DNA of 64,000 nt from the NCBI GenBank assembly GCA_000708835.1, contig DF237073.1:62001-126000 (forward strand), in the 5' to 3' direction. A program made the translations under genes and the position numbers. Source of the DNA: Klebsormidium nitens. Taxonomy: Eukaryota; Plantae; Klebsormidiophyceae. Positions 48,770 to 61,200 of this stretch are shown here, piece after piece; position 1 is the first letter of the stretch; the number at the start of each line of letters is the position of its first letter. Below the pieces are notes generated by a model that did not search any database, was not told the DNA's origin, and was given only the letters and a program-made list of their open reading frames with translations.

Positions 48770-49524
48770 CGTTGCTTGCCCCTTTTCCGAAGCTATAACG
48801 TGCTCTAAGCTTTATTTATCTTATCTCAAGAAAGACGGATCACCAAGTCCTGAAAAATGAAAGAAGTAATCACAATACAGTCAATCCATGTGCTTGCAGG
48901 CGCAATGCCCAGAAACCACCCTGGCTTATGCAATCGGTTTCTACAAAATCGGCATTGGGCATGGCGAACAGGGAGAGGAGAGAGAAAGGGAAAGAAGAGT
49001 CTGAAGCCGAGAAGTAAACTTGACTGTACAATACGCACTTTTAGCTTAACAGTACTAGGTAATACATATAGTAATATAATAATATAATATGTAATATAGT
49101 AATACATTACTATTACCGTACGAGACCCTATACCGGCTCACCTTAATTTCTGAGCGCTTATGTGCAATGCTGGGGCAAATATGGACCATTTCAGAAGCGG
49201 TTTTCTGCACATATCCTGTCTTACTGAACCCCATCGAAGGCAGCAGTCGCATTTTGATTTGGATCCGAGGAGGTCCTTGCAGCCCTGAAAACCTTCGATT
49301 TTGGCCAAAAAGAGCAAGAAAACTTGATGGATCGGCGATCGGCGTAGACTGGAACAGGATAACAAATAAACCAATCCACTTCTAGCTCGGCCCGATCCAC
49401 TTCTGGACCCAATTCGGTTCTGGGGCTCGTACTGTAAGCTAAAAGTGCGTATTCGACCGTGCCAGCTTGGTAATGCTCCCTGCACTTTCCCGCGAAAACC
49501 TGACAGCTTGACACCATTAGCGTC

Positions 49525-49580
49525 TGACGTGGGGCCGCGTGGCAGCACGCAGGAGCTTTTGAAGCACGTGGTCCACATGG
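49525..49580. promoter_or_regulatory. Cluster of G-box/ABRE-like elements (TGACGTGG 49525, CCGCGTGGC 49535, CACGTG 49565)
   Basis: Three ACGT/GCGT-core motifs within 50 nt, ~800 nt upstream of the HOL start codon; function not shown. Confidence 0.35.
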
Positions 49581-50362
49581 TCAATTGCTTCAGCCAATCA
49601 TATTCCTCCCGGGTGAATCTTCCGGACAGAGGTGTGACGTCTTCCGACCTGGCATGACGACGGCACGGCGGCAGCCATGGCGGGGGCCTCTTTTGAAGAG
49701 TGACGCGTCCAGGAATGTCCTGACAGTGAAAGACTTTCTTCCAAGTTCCAAGCTTCCAAGCTTTCGTCTTAGAAGCTTGCGCGTCACTGAATCATATCAA
49801 TTGGCCGGTATGCGGCATTGTAACGAAAGTTCTCAACAGTGCTGCATTTGAGAAGAAGATGACCTATGCATCCAGCACCGTTGGTTACACACTACTCAGA
49901 GTAGTGTAATTGCAGCCATTCATGTTTCCAAGGCAATTCCAGAGAGATTATATTAGTCGTTGATTGTTGCCTTTGATGTCATTCAAGCTCGCATTCCTCG
50001 CCGGTCCAGCTTTGAAAAGCAGCGCCAGAGCAGCCTCGACAGTGAGCGCAAATTGGAGGTCACTTCCATCTCTTTACGCTAGGTGCCGCGCATTGTCGCA
50101 GCACTCGCTCATCAACCCTGCCATTCTGTGCATGGCCCTTGAAGTTACTCACTTCTACAGCGTACATTCTTCTGAACTGTTCAACTGCAACAGGCCTTCT
50201 CTGTTGATCCAAAGCCAATTCGACCCGCTCTTCCGTTGCTCAGCTCAACCCAGGATTGGACACAGACCAATCTCCACAGAGACAAGGCTTGCAAACAGAT
50301 CACATCAGGTGCTGTCCAAGCCTCCAACAAGTGGACGACCCTTTACAGCAAGTGCTGATAAC

Positions 50363-53300
50363 ATGGGTGCCTCCCAAGATGCCGCCCTTGCTCCCAGTTC
50401 TGGCGTGAAAGACGCAGTGGCAAAGCTGCGGGAATTCATCGGGACAAACGAGAAGACGGACCCAGGTGTGCTTTCAGCAAAAATGTGAATTGCGTGCTCA
50501 ATCACAGTTCATCCATCTTTTGGCTTTTATATACTCGAAGTGCCTCCGTACACGCACTAAAGTTGGTTGCTTGATAAACGTTAGACAAAGGCATGGCTCT
50601 GTTTGTATGAGCAAGCCCATTGGGGCTAAAACAGCCTGTGAAGCGCTTGTAAGGCAGATTCTGGCAGCATTGATATGAAGGGATTCAAGGACTAGCAGTT
50701 GCATAGCCAAATGAGCCCCCACACAAGCTTGTGTGCTGTTTGTCAACAAAAGCTTCTCAATGCAACCATCGCTTGGAGTAAATGCTTCGCGCCTCTCCGT
50801 GACCCGTACTCTAATCCAGGCCACCAAGCACCTTCCAGTTTCCTTGACATTTTCTTCCCCCTTTCCTTTCCTGGTTTCCTCTCTTCTTTGCTTCTGCAGG
50901 CGCCCATGGCGCCAGCTGGGTGACAGCGTCCGCAGCCGTTGGCTCCATTCTAGTTCTTCTCTTGGCTGCCCGCTTGGCAGGCCTGGCCGGTCGAAACTTG
51001 ACCCCAGCCCCTGGTACAGATACAAGAACTTTGTACCAGTGATAAGGTCTTACAGCGTCGAGGCACTCGAGAGGCCAGATTGAGCTAGTTTGGGGGTTAG
51101 GGTGGTCTGAGATGCGGAGCATGTCATGATGTTTGTTGAGGTTCAAGTGTCCGTTTACGAGGAGATTCTGCTTTGTCGATTGTGCTAAAGGGTATGGCTA
51201 TCTGGTGCAGGGAGCGGGTGGGAGAAATCGTGGCAGGCGGGGACAACGCCCTGGGACATGGGTGATGTCACGCCCGTGCTGGCGCAGATGATCGCCAAGG
51301 GAGAGGTGCCCACCGGGCGCGCGCTTGTACCAGGCTGCGGTTCGGTGAGTCGCTTGCTTTGTCTTGTCGATTTGAGAATGGTCTTTTGTTCTTTCGCTTT
51401 GGCATGGTTGGGCAATGTCGAATGGGCTTTCATTTGTTCCACTTATGGGGATTGGGCGAGGGCAAGGGTGGCGTGAACTTGGGAATGGGAAGCTTAGAAC
51501 GATCGTCAAGTTTGGAGGAACCAGCTGGAAATCTGGTTATGTATGATATGAAACTTGATTGCAAGCTTGTTCCTGATGCTGTAGATCCAGGACAAGGCTT
51601 TCATATGTCAGTAGGTATAAATAAGCCCGACAGACATCACCGTTGGTCCCTGCCGATGGTTCCATTGTTGACAGTTCCGCTTCGAAATCTCTATCCCTCA
51701 ATCGCCTTCGGTTAAAACGTGTGAGGTTGTTGAAGTCCACCGGGCAGCCACCCGACTGTTGTTTTTGCATTTGATATCTGTGTAGATGTGCTGGGTCATG
51801 TAGGGGGATCCCCCCGTATCAGGTCCTTTTAGAACGATGAAAATTTTCCCATCACAATCTGCATATCCTGGCGCTTGCTGGGCCAGAACGTCATCTGGTG
51901 AAAGCGAATGGCCAAAGCCTAAATAGTTCTCGACGAGGATGTAGTCACCACTGAGCTTTGCTTGCTCTCCCAAAACCGCAGGGCTACGACGTTCTGGCGC
52001 TAGCGAGCCCCGAGCGTCACGTGGTCGGTCTCGACATCTCCCGCACTGCGAATGAGAAAGCAAAGCGGCACCAAGAGGCCCAGCAGGTTCCTGCATCGCA
52101 GGCAGAGTTTGTTGTTGCGGACTTCTTCACGTGGGAGCCGGAAGCGCCATTTGACGTCATCTTCGATTACACGTGAGGGAAAGCATTCTCTGAAACGTCT
52201 GGCTGGGTCGAGCATCGTTTGTTTTTCGCTTCTGAAGAATGACCCTAGATTCTTTCGCTTGAGTCGCGGTGTGCAGAGTTTGTGACACCGGATTCGACGT
52301 TGAGGTTTAGATTGTCAATCGTATCTCCTTGGGCACGCACGTTTACCAACCAGCAGATTATTTCATCCCGGTAGTGGTGGAGCCCGATCTCGATAACATT
52401 GCTTGAATCGATACGTTGACGTGAGTACTTTTGGAAGTCACCTCATCATGCCTTTCGGATGCCGTCTTTGCCTTTCGATCCACAGGCCACGCGTTCGATG
52501 TTCAAAGTCACCGCATTGATGTTCGCCCTTAATTCCATCTCCCTATTGATTGAGGATACCATCATCTATTCGCCGCCCTTCCTACTTGCGGCCCTTCTTA
52601 AAACCCCGCCCGAAAGTCCTCCCGAACGATTCCGCAAACGTCCCCCTTCCCCGTGCTTTCGAACCGTCCAGGACTCTATATCTCTGATAGATTTCCTCAT
52701 CTGTTGCCCGAGTCTGAACCCCCTCCTCTGTTTATGTCACAGCTTCTTTTGCGCCTTGGAGCCTGACCTCCGCCAGGCCTGGGCGCAACGCATGGCGCAG
52801 CTCCTCGCGCCGGCGGGTCAGCTAATTACGCTCGTCTTTCCGGTGAGTCTGCTGACGCTGAAAGTCCTCAATTAACAAAAGTGTAGCATTTGCGTACAAA
52901 GCCATGCACGGGGACGGCTGTGGTTGGGGTGGGCCTGGGGTTGGTTCAGTCACTGCAAACTTGTTACATTCTTATCTACACGGGAGGGTTTAGTGTAAGC
53001 TCGCTCTTTCGCCGCAACGATACCTATCTCAAGATCCTGAACAACCTCCCGTCTTTCAGTCCCCTCTGAGTGCTGAGTGCTGATGGAAGACAGACACTAT
53101 GCATCCGCTGGCGAATCTCGCTAATTTGCCCCTGCTTCTCTTTTCGTCATGTGCTGCTGCCGATATTTGTGTGCTGCTCTGCTCTGCTCCAACATATCAG
53201 TGGTGCTGCCTCAGTTGAACCTTATCTCTCTGATGACGATCTGCAAAGACTTTTACTTGTGAGTGTTTTGGACCGCAAACAACGTCGGTTTACAAGTACG

Positions 53301-54228
53301 ACAGAATCGGCTAGACCCGGCTAGAACCGGCCTGCCTTGCCTCGGCCTAATTTTTGACTCTTTGCTGCAGATTGACGACCACTCAGGAGGGCCCCCCTTC
53401 GCTGTTAACATGGATATGTAAGCCGCAAGCCGCACTTCACGCAAGCGTTCTGAACCGCAGTTTGATTGGTCCGTTCCTCTTCCGCACATTGCCTGGCAAG
53501 ATCGGGGAAACTCAAAAGGCAGGGACGATTGCAAGTCTCCTCAAGCAAGACGAAAAAAGGAGTCCATCGTTCTCTCGTCAAGGCGTACGTGTGACTTTAC
53601 CATCGGCGGTCCTCCCAAACCTTCTCGAGCCCTGCGAGATGTGACGAGACTTTATTGTTTGGCTGCTTTTTCCGCAAATCCTGCACTGGATTGTTTTCAC
53701 TGGATTGTTTTCACTAGGTTTTGGTTGTCCTGCAGTTATAAGAAAATGCTGGTGCCCGCTGGCTTCGTGTTGACCCGCGAAGAGGAGGTGACAAACAGCG
53801 TACGAGGGAGACAGGTGAGACGAAAGCAAATTCAACTTTCAATCCAGGCCGTTCGACGACTGTGATGCAACTTAAGGACGGCCCAGATGCGGCCAGGCTC
53901 TGAACCTAGAACGAACACGGATCAGGCGGCCCGGGTACGTAGGAGCCGCTTGTCGTCGCGAGCTCGAGACATCAACCGTTTGTCGTTCTAGTTGCTCATG
54001 CGTCCGTTGCTCCAGAAGCATACCACGTGATGGATAACTTCTGAGGAACACGTGCTGACCACTTCTGCAAACAGCGCCGCCTGCGTTGCTGTTCCTAGGT
54101 TGGAAACAGATAATGAATGGTTAAAGCTCCGGGAGAGGAATGATGTTTACGAAGATTCCCGTGCTGATCTTTTGCAGGGCAAGGAGCGTCTGGCCATCTG
54201 GGAGAAGAAGGCGTCAGGCAAGATGTGA
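50363..54228 (+). CDS. HOL: SAM-dependent halide/thiocyanate (thiol) methyltransferase; exons 50363-50465, 51211-51344, 51982-52172, 52743-52842, 53371-53417, 53736-53814, 54178-54228; 234 aa
   Basis: GWEKSWQAGTTPWDMG, RALVPGCGSGYDV, VVGLDIS, ADFFTW, FDVIFDYTFFCALEP, WAQRMAQLL, GQLITLVFPIDDHSGGPPF, GKERLAIW; all phases consistent. Confidence 0.95.
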
Positions 54229-55110
54229 TTTTCAGTGACCAAGGTCTGCAAGGTCTCTTCTTAAGTACATTGATAAAAGTAGGATATCAACGTAGAACTC
54301 CTGCAAGTCATGAGCGCATGGACGTTTTGCAAGGCAGAAAGTAGGTTATCATCTCACGTTGCTGATAGGATCTTGAGGACGGAGGCGTTGCTCATCAACC
54401 GTTGCTAGGTATACTTGGCAGACTTTCTTGTGGGGTATAATCACACATAACAACTTGTCAACTTGAAGTCGTGCAACACACTGCCGTTGACGCGCCATCT
54501 TGGTCCAATTCACTGAGTATATACAGTAATCGAATTCACCGCAGCATACAATATTTGTACGATCGACCCACCAGCATGACTGATTGAGATTTGCTGGCAG
54601 CAGACGTATGCACTGCTATGTGCTTCCGTGTGCCTGCATGTGGCTCAGTGGCCTTCTGAAGCTAGCGCGTGTACAGTTCACACTTTTGAAGTGACATGGT
54701 ATTATATAGAAGCAATTTAATACGTTCAGTGGACGTGCAAATGGCCCAACACACCTGATCGACTACACATGCATGCATACAGCTGTCAACCCGCTGACAT
54801 GATACGCTTGCATGTGCCACCTACTGTAGGAAGTGGTAATCAGCTTATATATGGAGTTGCATGGGCCGAGTCCAATCCACTGCCGATTGCAAAGTCGGCC
54901 ACACTGCATGGAGTCGCAGCGCCAAACCCCTTGCAACAGATTCTCCATGAAGCACAGCTCAATTCAAGTTTTGAAGCACACCTTCTTGGATAAACCTGAT
55001 TCACGAAACCACTTGCTGACGCAATCACCATCATCAGCAGGGTCACTTGTATTCAATATCAATGATCACATCCAAAGTCCGCCCAAGAGCCCGTCCTTCC
55101 GAAACTTCTT

Positions 55111-57513
55111 CTATGACAACTTAACCTGAACGTCGACCCCTGCCGGCAGGTTTAACTGCATGAGCGCGTCAACGGCCTGTGCGGTCGGGTTGATCAGCTC
55201 TATAAGCCGTCTGTGCGTCCGCAGCTCAAACTGCTCCCGTGCATCCTTGTTGACGTGAGGTGACGTCAACACCGTCCACCGCCGACGCCGCGTTGGCAAC
55301 CGGATGGGTCCCGCGGCCTTGGTCTCGGTGCTCTTAGCGGCCTCCATGATCTGGTTGGTTGCCTCCTCAATACGGGGCACCCAGTACGAGCGCAGCTTGA
55401 TCTTAATCTTCTGCTCGTTCTTCCGGGGCTGGCGGGGCCGCTTCCCGTCCGTCTCCTGAAATCAGAATACGTTGCTCAATGACAGGTTTGGGGTAAGATT
55501 TACGAAGAGGAAGCGGCAAACCACTGACCGAGACAGCGACAAGAAACGGATAAGCACCACCATTGCTCGATGTTTTGCTGGCGAACAGTGTCCAGGATGA
55601 TGATCAGGGACGTTCTTTACAGTCGTCCAAAGACAACACACACCAGATTCCGCAAGGATCTGCCAATATGGCAGTGATGTTGTGCTTCAAAGCTGGCATC
55701 ACAAACAAAAGTGTGTCTCGTTCCCCCTTCCCACGGCATTGCCTTGATCCACACCAATCAAGCTTGAATACGACAGGCCTACGAAGCAAGCCACTCACCG
55801 GGAACATCGTGGGGATCTCGCCAACCCACTCCTCGTCCCCTGCCAACTCGTCCGCAACCGACCTCACTGCGTCCTCATCCTCGGCAACTTCTGCAACGGC
55901 CCGCACTGGGCCGGCGACCCGAGGCAACTGCCGCCGAGAGGGGAGCTTTGCTGCGCTCCTCAGGACATTTGCGGTGCAAGAAGGCCTCACCAACTGCAGA
56001 CAAGGTTGGATTGGGCTCGTTCTTCTGGGGGTATTCTGGTGAGGTGCGTTGCAGAAGCTGTTAGTGCAATGAAAGTGCAAAGAAGAGCCTTCAGAGTGGT
56101 GACATTTATGCGTACGGTTCGGCAAAGAAGAGCCTTCAGGGTGGTGAAGTTTATGCGTACGGTTCGGATGCTTTAGGCAGCCCCGTGCCTCTGCTTACCC
56201 TCTACACTAGTTGCTTGAATCAATGTGTTGCTTGTATGTCAGGCACCCTACGATGATTTTAATCTGGTGCTTCTTCATCGAGTTTGCAAGAACAAAAAGT
56301 AAACAAAACTTGAGGCCTAATACCTCCTCAGAAGGATATGATACTCTGCACAGAGTCCCCATCAAATGTGCACAATCCAGATGCAAAAATTGGAGAAAAT
56401 CCCTTCACTTCAGGGACAACTTTTGTCACTCAACAGCTTATTGCAGATGGTGTTGAATAACACGCTCTGCAAGCTGCTAAGTCCAGCACACCACTTCCTA
56501 TCGGGGCTTCTCATGCTTGTGGAACGTCCTCTCAGACAAATGCCTCGGTTGACATCTGCGCCACCGGCCTTGCGACCAGTGGCTGGCCCCAAACCACCAT
56601 CAGGATCCCAGCACAGAGCAGAACGCTCGATGCCAGGGCTGACCGCAGCCGGAGCCAGCTTTAGCTCAGTCTCGTCATCGTGGTCATCATTGAGGGTTTC
56701 CATGACCTTGTCTTAACGACCTTTCTTCAGAAGCATTGTCTCAAATCGGCGGAGTCTTCATGAGAGCAAAAGAAAATCAACGTACAGCAATGCTCATGCA
56801 CTTGGTCAAAGGATGCTCTTGCCCAATGGGGCCTGCATTTTCCAAGCTCAAGTGCTGGATACGTCCCTCGTAAAACCCAAGAAAGTGCTCAAATACCATC
56901 GGTGATGGTAAGATTATCCGTACATCTCATTCGCATCCAGATTTTGCAGCGCTTCCACCCCTTGAGCAATCTCTGATGAGCATTGTGACAGCTGAACACG
57001 CAGCAAGTACAAATTAACACCCCGTTGCAGATATAGTTCACACCATTACCAAAAGGTTCTCTGCAGGTTCCTTATCAGCCCTTGACGTTGCTTGAACTCT
57101 TGCTAGAGGAGGTCATCCTTACCGTAGATGGCCAAAGGTAGCCAACCGTATGCATCAGGAATTTAGAATGCGGGGCTTCACGAGCTTACACGCTCGTGAG
57201 CACTGAAAATGTGTCACACGCTTGTCACACGCTTGTCACACGCTCAAGATAATGCCCGTGTCTATCACAATAAGGACGATCGGAAAAGTCTTGCAGTGAC
57301 AGCCATTGTACACGGCGCGACAAACCCGTCTTTTCCTGCTTTCCTTTGGCAACCCTAAATGCCAAAAGAGCAGAAGATGCAGACACTCCTCACCTGGCGA
57401 GGGACAAAGCTTGAAGCTGGGCCCTTCTGCCCACTCTGGCAAGGCCTTGTGTCCATAGTCCTCACCGAGCAGCGGACAGCCTGCACGGCCCCAGCGCATG
57501 CCGTTGAAGCCAT
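55111..57513 (-). CDS. PRPS10: Plastid 30S ribosomal protein S10 precursor (uS10c); exons 57394-57513, 55799-55993, 55111-55455; 219 aa
   Basis: MASTACAGAVQAVRCS... transit peptide; QKIKIKLRSYWVP, GPIRLPTRRRRWTVLTSPHVNKDAREQFELRTHRRLI, LMQLNLPAGVDVQVKL. Confidence 0.93.
56077..56166. repeat. 45-nt tandem duplication in RPS10 intron 1 (also an 11-nt x3 repeat at 57212-57244)
   Basis: gcaaagaagagccttcagagtggtgacatttatgcgtacggttcg x2 with 3 mismatches; (tgtcacacgct)x3. Confidence 0.9.
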
Positions 57514-58274
57514 TTTTCAAGAGCTATCCTACTCGCTTGTTTGCCAGGTGCAAAACTTCGTACAATCTGTCCCTCAGGATCTTTTACACCATTCGAAGCC
57601 ACTCGCCCATCCCAGTATTACCAAACGCTAGGTCACGCTGGCAATCGCCCCAATGCGCCCTCCTCGCGCCCTGCACAATTGCAGCCACCTTCTCTGCGTA
57701 GAGTCGGTAGACTTGAACTAGCTGCAAGACTTCAAGTTCTAGCAGCCTTCGCCCCATTGTGCAACTAGGCCGAGGCAGCAAAATTGTAATGCGCACGTAA
57801 AGTAATGCGCTTTATGATCATATTATGTAGTCCTAATGCTGTATCCACCGTCCGCTTGATATCATGGACGGCTCTATGACAGCCACTTGTCAACGTCAAC
57901 TTAGCAATAGCAGCCGTTGATTCAACCTACATCGCCATCGGAGTGTCGATGTGCAAAGCATGTAGGTAGCGCCACTCTCTGAACAGAGGAGTTGCCACTT
58001 GTGCTCGCTTCGATTCTGAGACTGAAGACCTTTCTGAATCTTCTGAATCTGAGAAACTCTCACAATTGGACCAGCAAAGGGGAGCTCTCATTGTTGCCCA
58101 TCTAGCTAGGGCCCGGGGAGGTCATACTAATAGGGAGCATGTCCTAACTTGGCGTGCCTTGAATCCAGAATGCTTCCGTGTAAGGGTTGTTTCATCGTAA
58201 TGCAAGGTTTCTAGGGACCCAAGCATTCTCCACCAGCTTTTCACCAGAATCAATTCCGGTTGCAAGGTGAGACT
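57514..58274. promoter_or_regulatory. Likely bidirectional promoter between PRPS10 (-) and the Ca2+-ATPase (+)
   Basis: Divergent start codons 761 nt apart; inferred from orientation. Confidence 0.5.
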
Positions 58275-61200
58275 ATGGCAATGTCAGCGACATGTTCGCT
58301 CTTTGATGTCTTCAGGGGGGCTCAATGCTTTCACAATGGGGGCTACTCTCAGCAGCAATGGCGGCAGAGGAAACCAGAAACTAAGCAGCATTCAATCAGT
58401 GCAGGTTTGCAACTCAATGATGTCTCCTCAAGGATAGGGCAGAAAAGATTTCTAGCAGGAAGTGTTAGCTTGGAGGGTGTGGGAAGGCCAAGATCTGGTC
58501 CGCTTCTTCTGAAGAAGGTGAGTGTGACCTGTCTTCAGCACATTCTTGAAATTCTACGCCCCTTCCGTTTCTTTAAGAATCAAGGGCATTGTCAAGTGAT
58601 TGCACAGTCTCAAGTCCGACCAGAGCTGTTGGCAGACCTGCGGTCGCTGGAGTTATCAATGAATCATCGTAGCCAAACATTTTCTTGATTTTAGTTGCGT
58701 GTGGGACACAAGAAACCAGAGAAGACAGGAATAGAATATCCAGCAGGAACAGGGGTGAAAATAAAATGCTTTGCTCTTTCATTCCATCACCAACTTTCTA
58801 GATTTTGGTGCCAGTCCGAGCGGTTGCTTTCCTCCTCATTCGTGCAGCGGTCAGCAATAGCAGCCAGTGGCCCGGACCAAACCAGCAGCCCCACACAGGT
58901 CATCGAACCAGAGCTCACAGTCCCCTCCACTGCGCCTCCCTCAACGCAACCTGTCCCTCCTGAAAATGGCAGCCCCAACTCCGTCCCTCCAGACAATTTC
59001 CCTGCTTGGGCGCGCACCGTCGACGAGTGCGCGGAACACTTCTGTGTTGACCTGAAACGTGGCCTGACAACCGGGCAGGTCGAGACGTACCGCTCCGCCT
59101 ATGGCTGGAATGAGCTTGAGAAAGAGCCAGGAACGCCGTTCTGGCAACTAGTTGCGGAGCAGTTTGATGACGCACTGGTGAAGATCCTGCTGGGGGCGGC
59201 TGGAGTGTCGGGGGCGCTTGCGGTGTGGGACGCTGCTGAGGCGGGGGAGCCGGTCGGTGCGGAGGACTTTTTGGAGACGTTTGTAATCTTGCTGATCATC
59301 GTGTTGAACGCAGTGATCGGGGTGTGGCAGGAGAGCAAGGCAGAGAGCACGCTTGCGGCACTCAAGGAGATGCAGAGCGAGACAGCTCGGGTCGTGCGAG
59401 ATGGAAAAGAGGTGAGAGTGACAATCTTGCGCAGGGACTTCTCTTTGCTGACAGTGTTTGCTTAGGAGAAATTGCACAGCGACTTGGACTTTTACCCAAG
59501 AAGGTCCTTGATAGCCTCTGCGGATCCGTTAATGTTCACTCAAATGGACAATCCTCTGGCGAAAGCAGATCAAGGGCAAGCGTGACAGGGAAGGAACCCC
59601 GTTATCAACCAGCCGTAGCTCTTCCATATGCTACTGCCCTGTTGTTGACTGTTCAAGTTCAAAGTTGTGCCACTCCGACAAAAAGGATGTCAGTATCGAT
59701 CAGAGGGCCTTCTACACAGAATTAGGGCCCTGCATGACCAGAATCCAATAACGAAGGTGCGGTTCTGACACCCTGCTTTCAAACACATACAAACGGAATA
59801 CTCCCTTTTTAGACAATTGCTTCGCCCGTCCTCTGAGACCTCTTCCCGGGGCCCTGCAGATCCCGGACCTACCGGCGCGCGAGCTCGTCCCAGGGGATCT
59901 CGTCGAGCTGCGGGTCGGAGACAAGGCCCCGGCCGACATCCGCTTGGTCGAGCTGCGCTCCGCCACGCTGCGCGCCCAGCAGTCCAGCCTCACTGGCGAG
60001 AGCCAGCCAGTGTCGAAAGACACCCACGTGGTTCCGCAAGAGGATATTGAGCTTCAAGGAAAGGAGTGCATGGTATTTGCGGGGTCGGGGATCAGTAACG
60101 GCACGGCGATTGGGGTGGTGGTCCATACCGGGATGAGGACGGAGATCGGGAAGATCCAGGCGCAGATCCAGCAGGCCAGCCAGGAGGGGTACGACACGCC
60201 GTTGACGAGGTAAGTGAAGGAGAGAACGGGGTCGAAGCGTTTGGAATTTGCAGGCTAGGGGAGCGCCAAAGACTACTATAGTGTGGGTGTCGTTTTCCGC
60301 CTTCGTGAGAATGATTGGAAGGCGGCCATTGTGACCGGAGCCCGAAAAGATCTCTTGGCGCGCCTGTAAGGAGTTCTGTACCGCGGGCTCGTCAGAAGAT
60401 TGCAGAGACGGGGACTTCAAGAGGTGCTTCAAGCTCTTCTTCTTGACGCCAGTGTCGAGCTTTCCAATCCCAACTTGTTCGTCCTCTGTGTGTGGATGTT
60501 CCATCAAGTGTCGCCTTGATGCAGATTCTGACACAATGCCTTCCTCTTTTGAAGTGCCTTCGCGTGCCAACAAGTCCTACGGACTCCAGTGGTCGAATTC
60601 AAAGGCCGTTCTGGACTCAATAGTACGTCCCTAACCATTTACATGCTCGGCCGCACTCTGGTCTCAGAACGGACGACTTCCGTTTGAAACCTGAACAGCG
60701 TCGCACCTCCACACTTCGACTCAACACTTTTCTTTCACTCCCTCCGTAGAAAGCTGGACGACTTTGCGGACCTGCTCACGAAGGTCGTCGGCGCCGTGTG
60801 CGTGCTCGTGTGGGTGATCAACTACAAGTACTTCCTTTCCTTCGACCCCGCTGCGCCGTTCCCCTCCAACATCCAGTTCGACTTCCAGCAGTGCGCGTAC
60901 TACTTCAAGGTGGCGGTCGCGCTGGCGGTGGCGGCGATCCCCGAGGGCCTGCCAGCTGTCATCACCACGTGCCTCGCGCTCGGGACCAAGCGCATGGCGG
61001 AGGTGCGGCTTCACTTTGGTGCTACTTCAGAATTGTGCCTACGGTGCTTGGGATGACGACAAGATCTGAAGAGCAGAGCTGGCAGTGGAGCGCTCGGGTG
61101 GTCCCTTGTCCTCCTCGGCGAAGTTGTCCTAGTAACTTTGCATTGTCTTGTTCATCGTCTTCGTTTCGTGCGAACACGAAATCATATTCAGATCCCCCTT

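Noticed and set aside
49040-49120. AT-rich low-complexity tract (taatata repeats)
   Set aside because: Simple promoter-region AT tract with no terminal repeats or TSD indicating a MITE.
56410-56703. 97-aa ORF with GADVN (ankyrin-like) in RPS10 intron 1
   Set aside because: No ankyrin TPLH or helix pattern and no strong codon bias.
56970-57000. TGATGA...CTGA C/D-box-like pair
   Set aside because: Only ~20 nt apart and antisense to the host gene; too short for a snoRNA.
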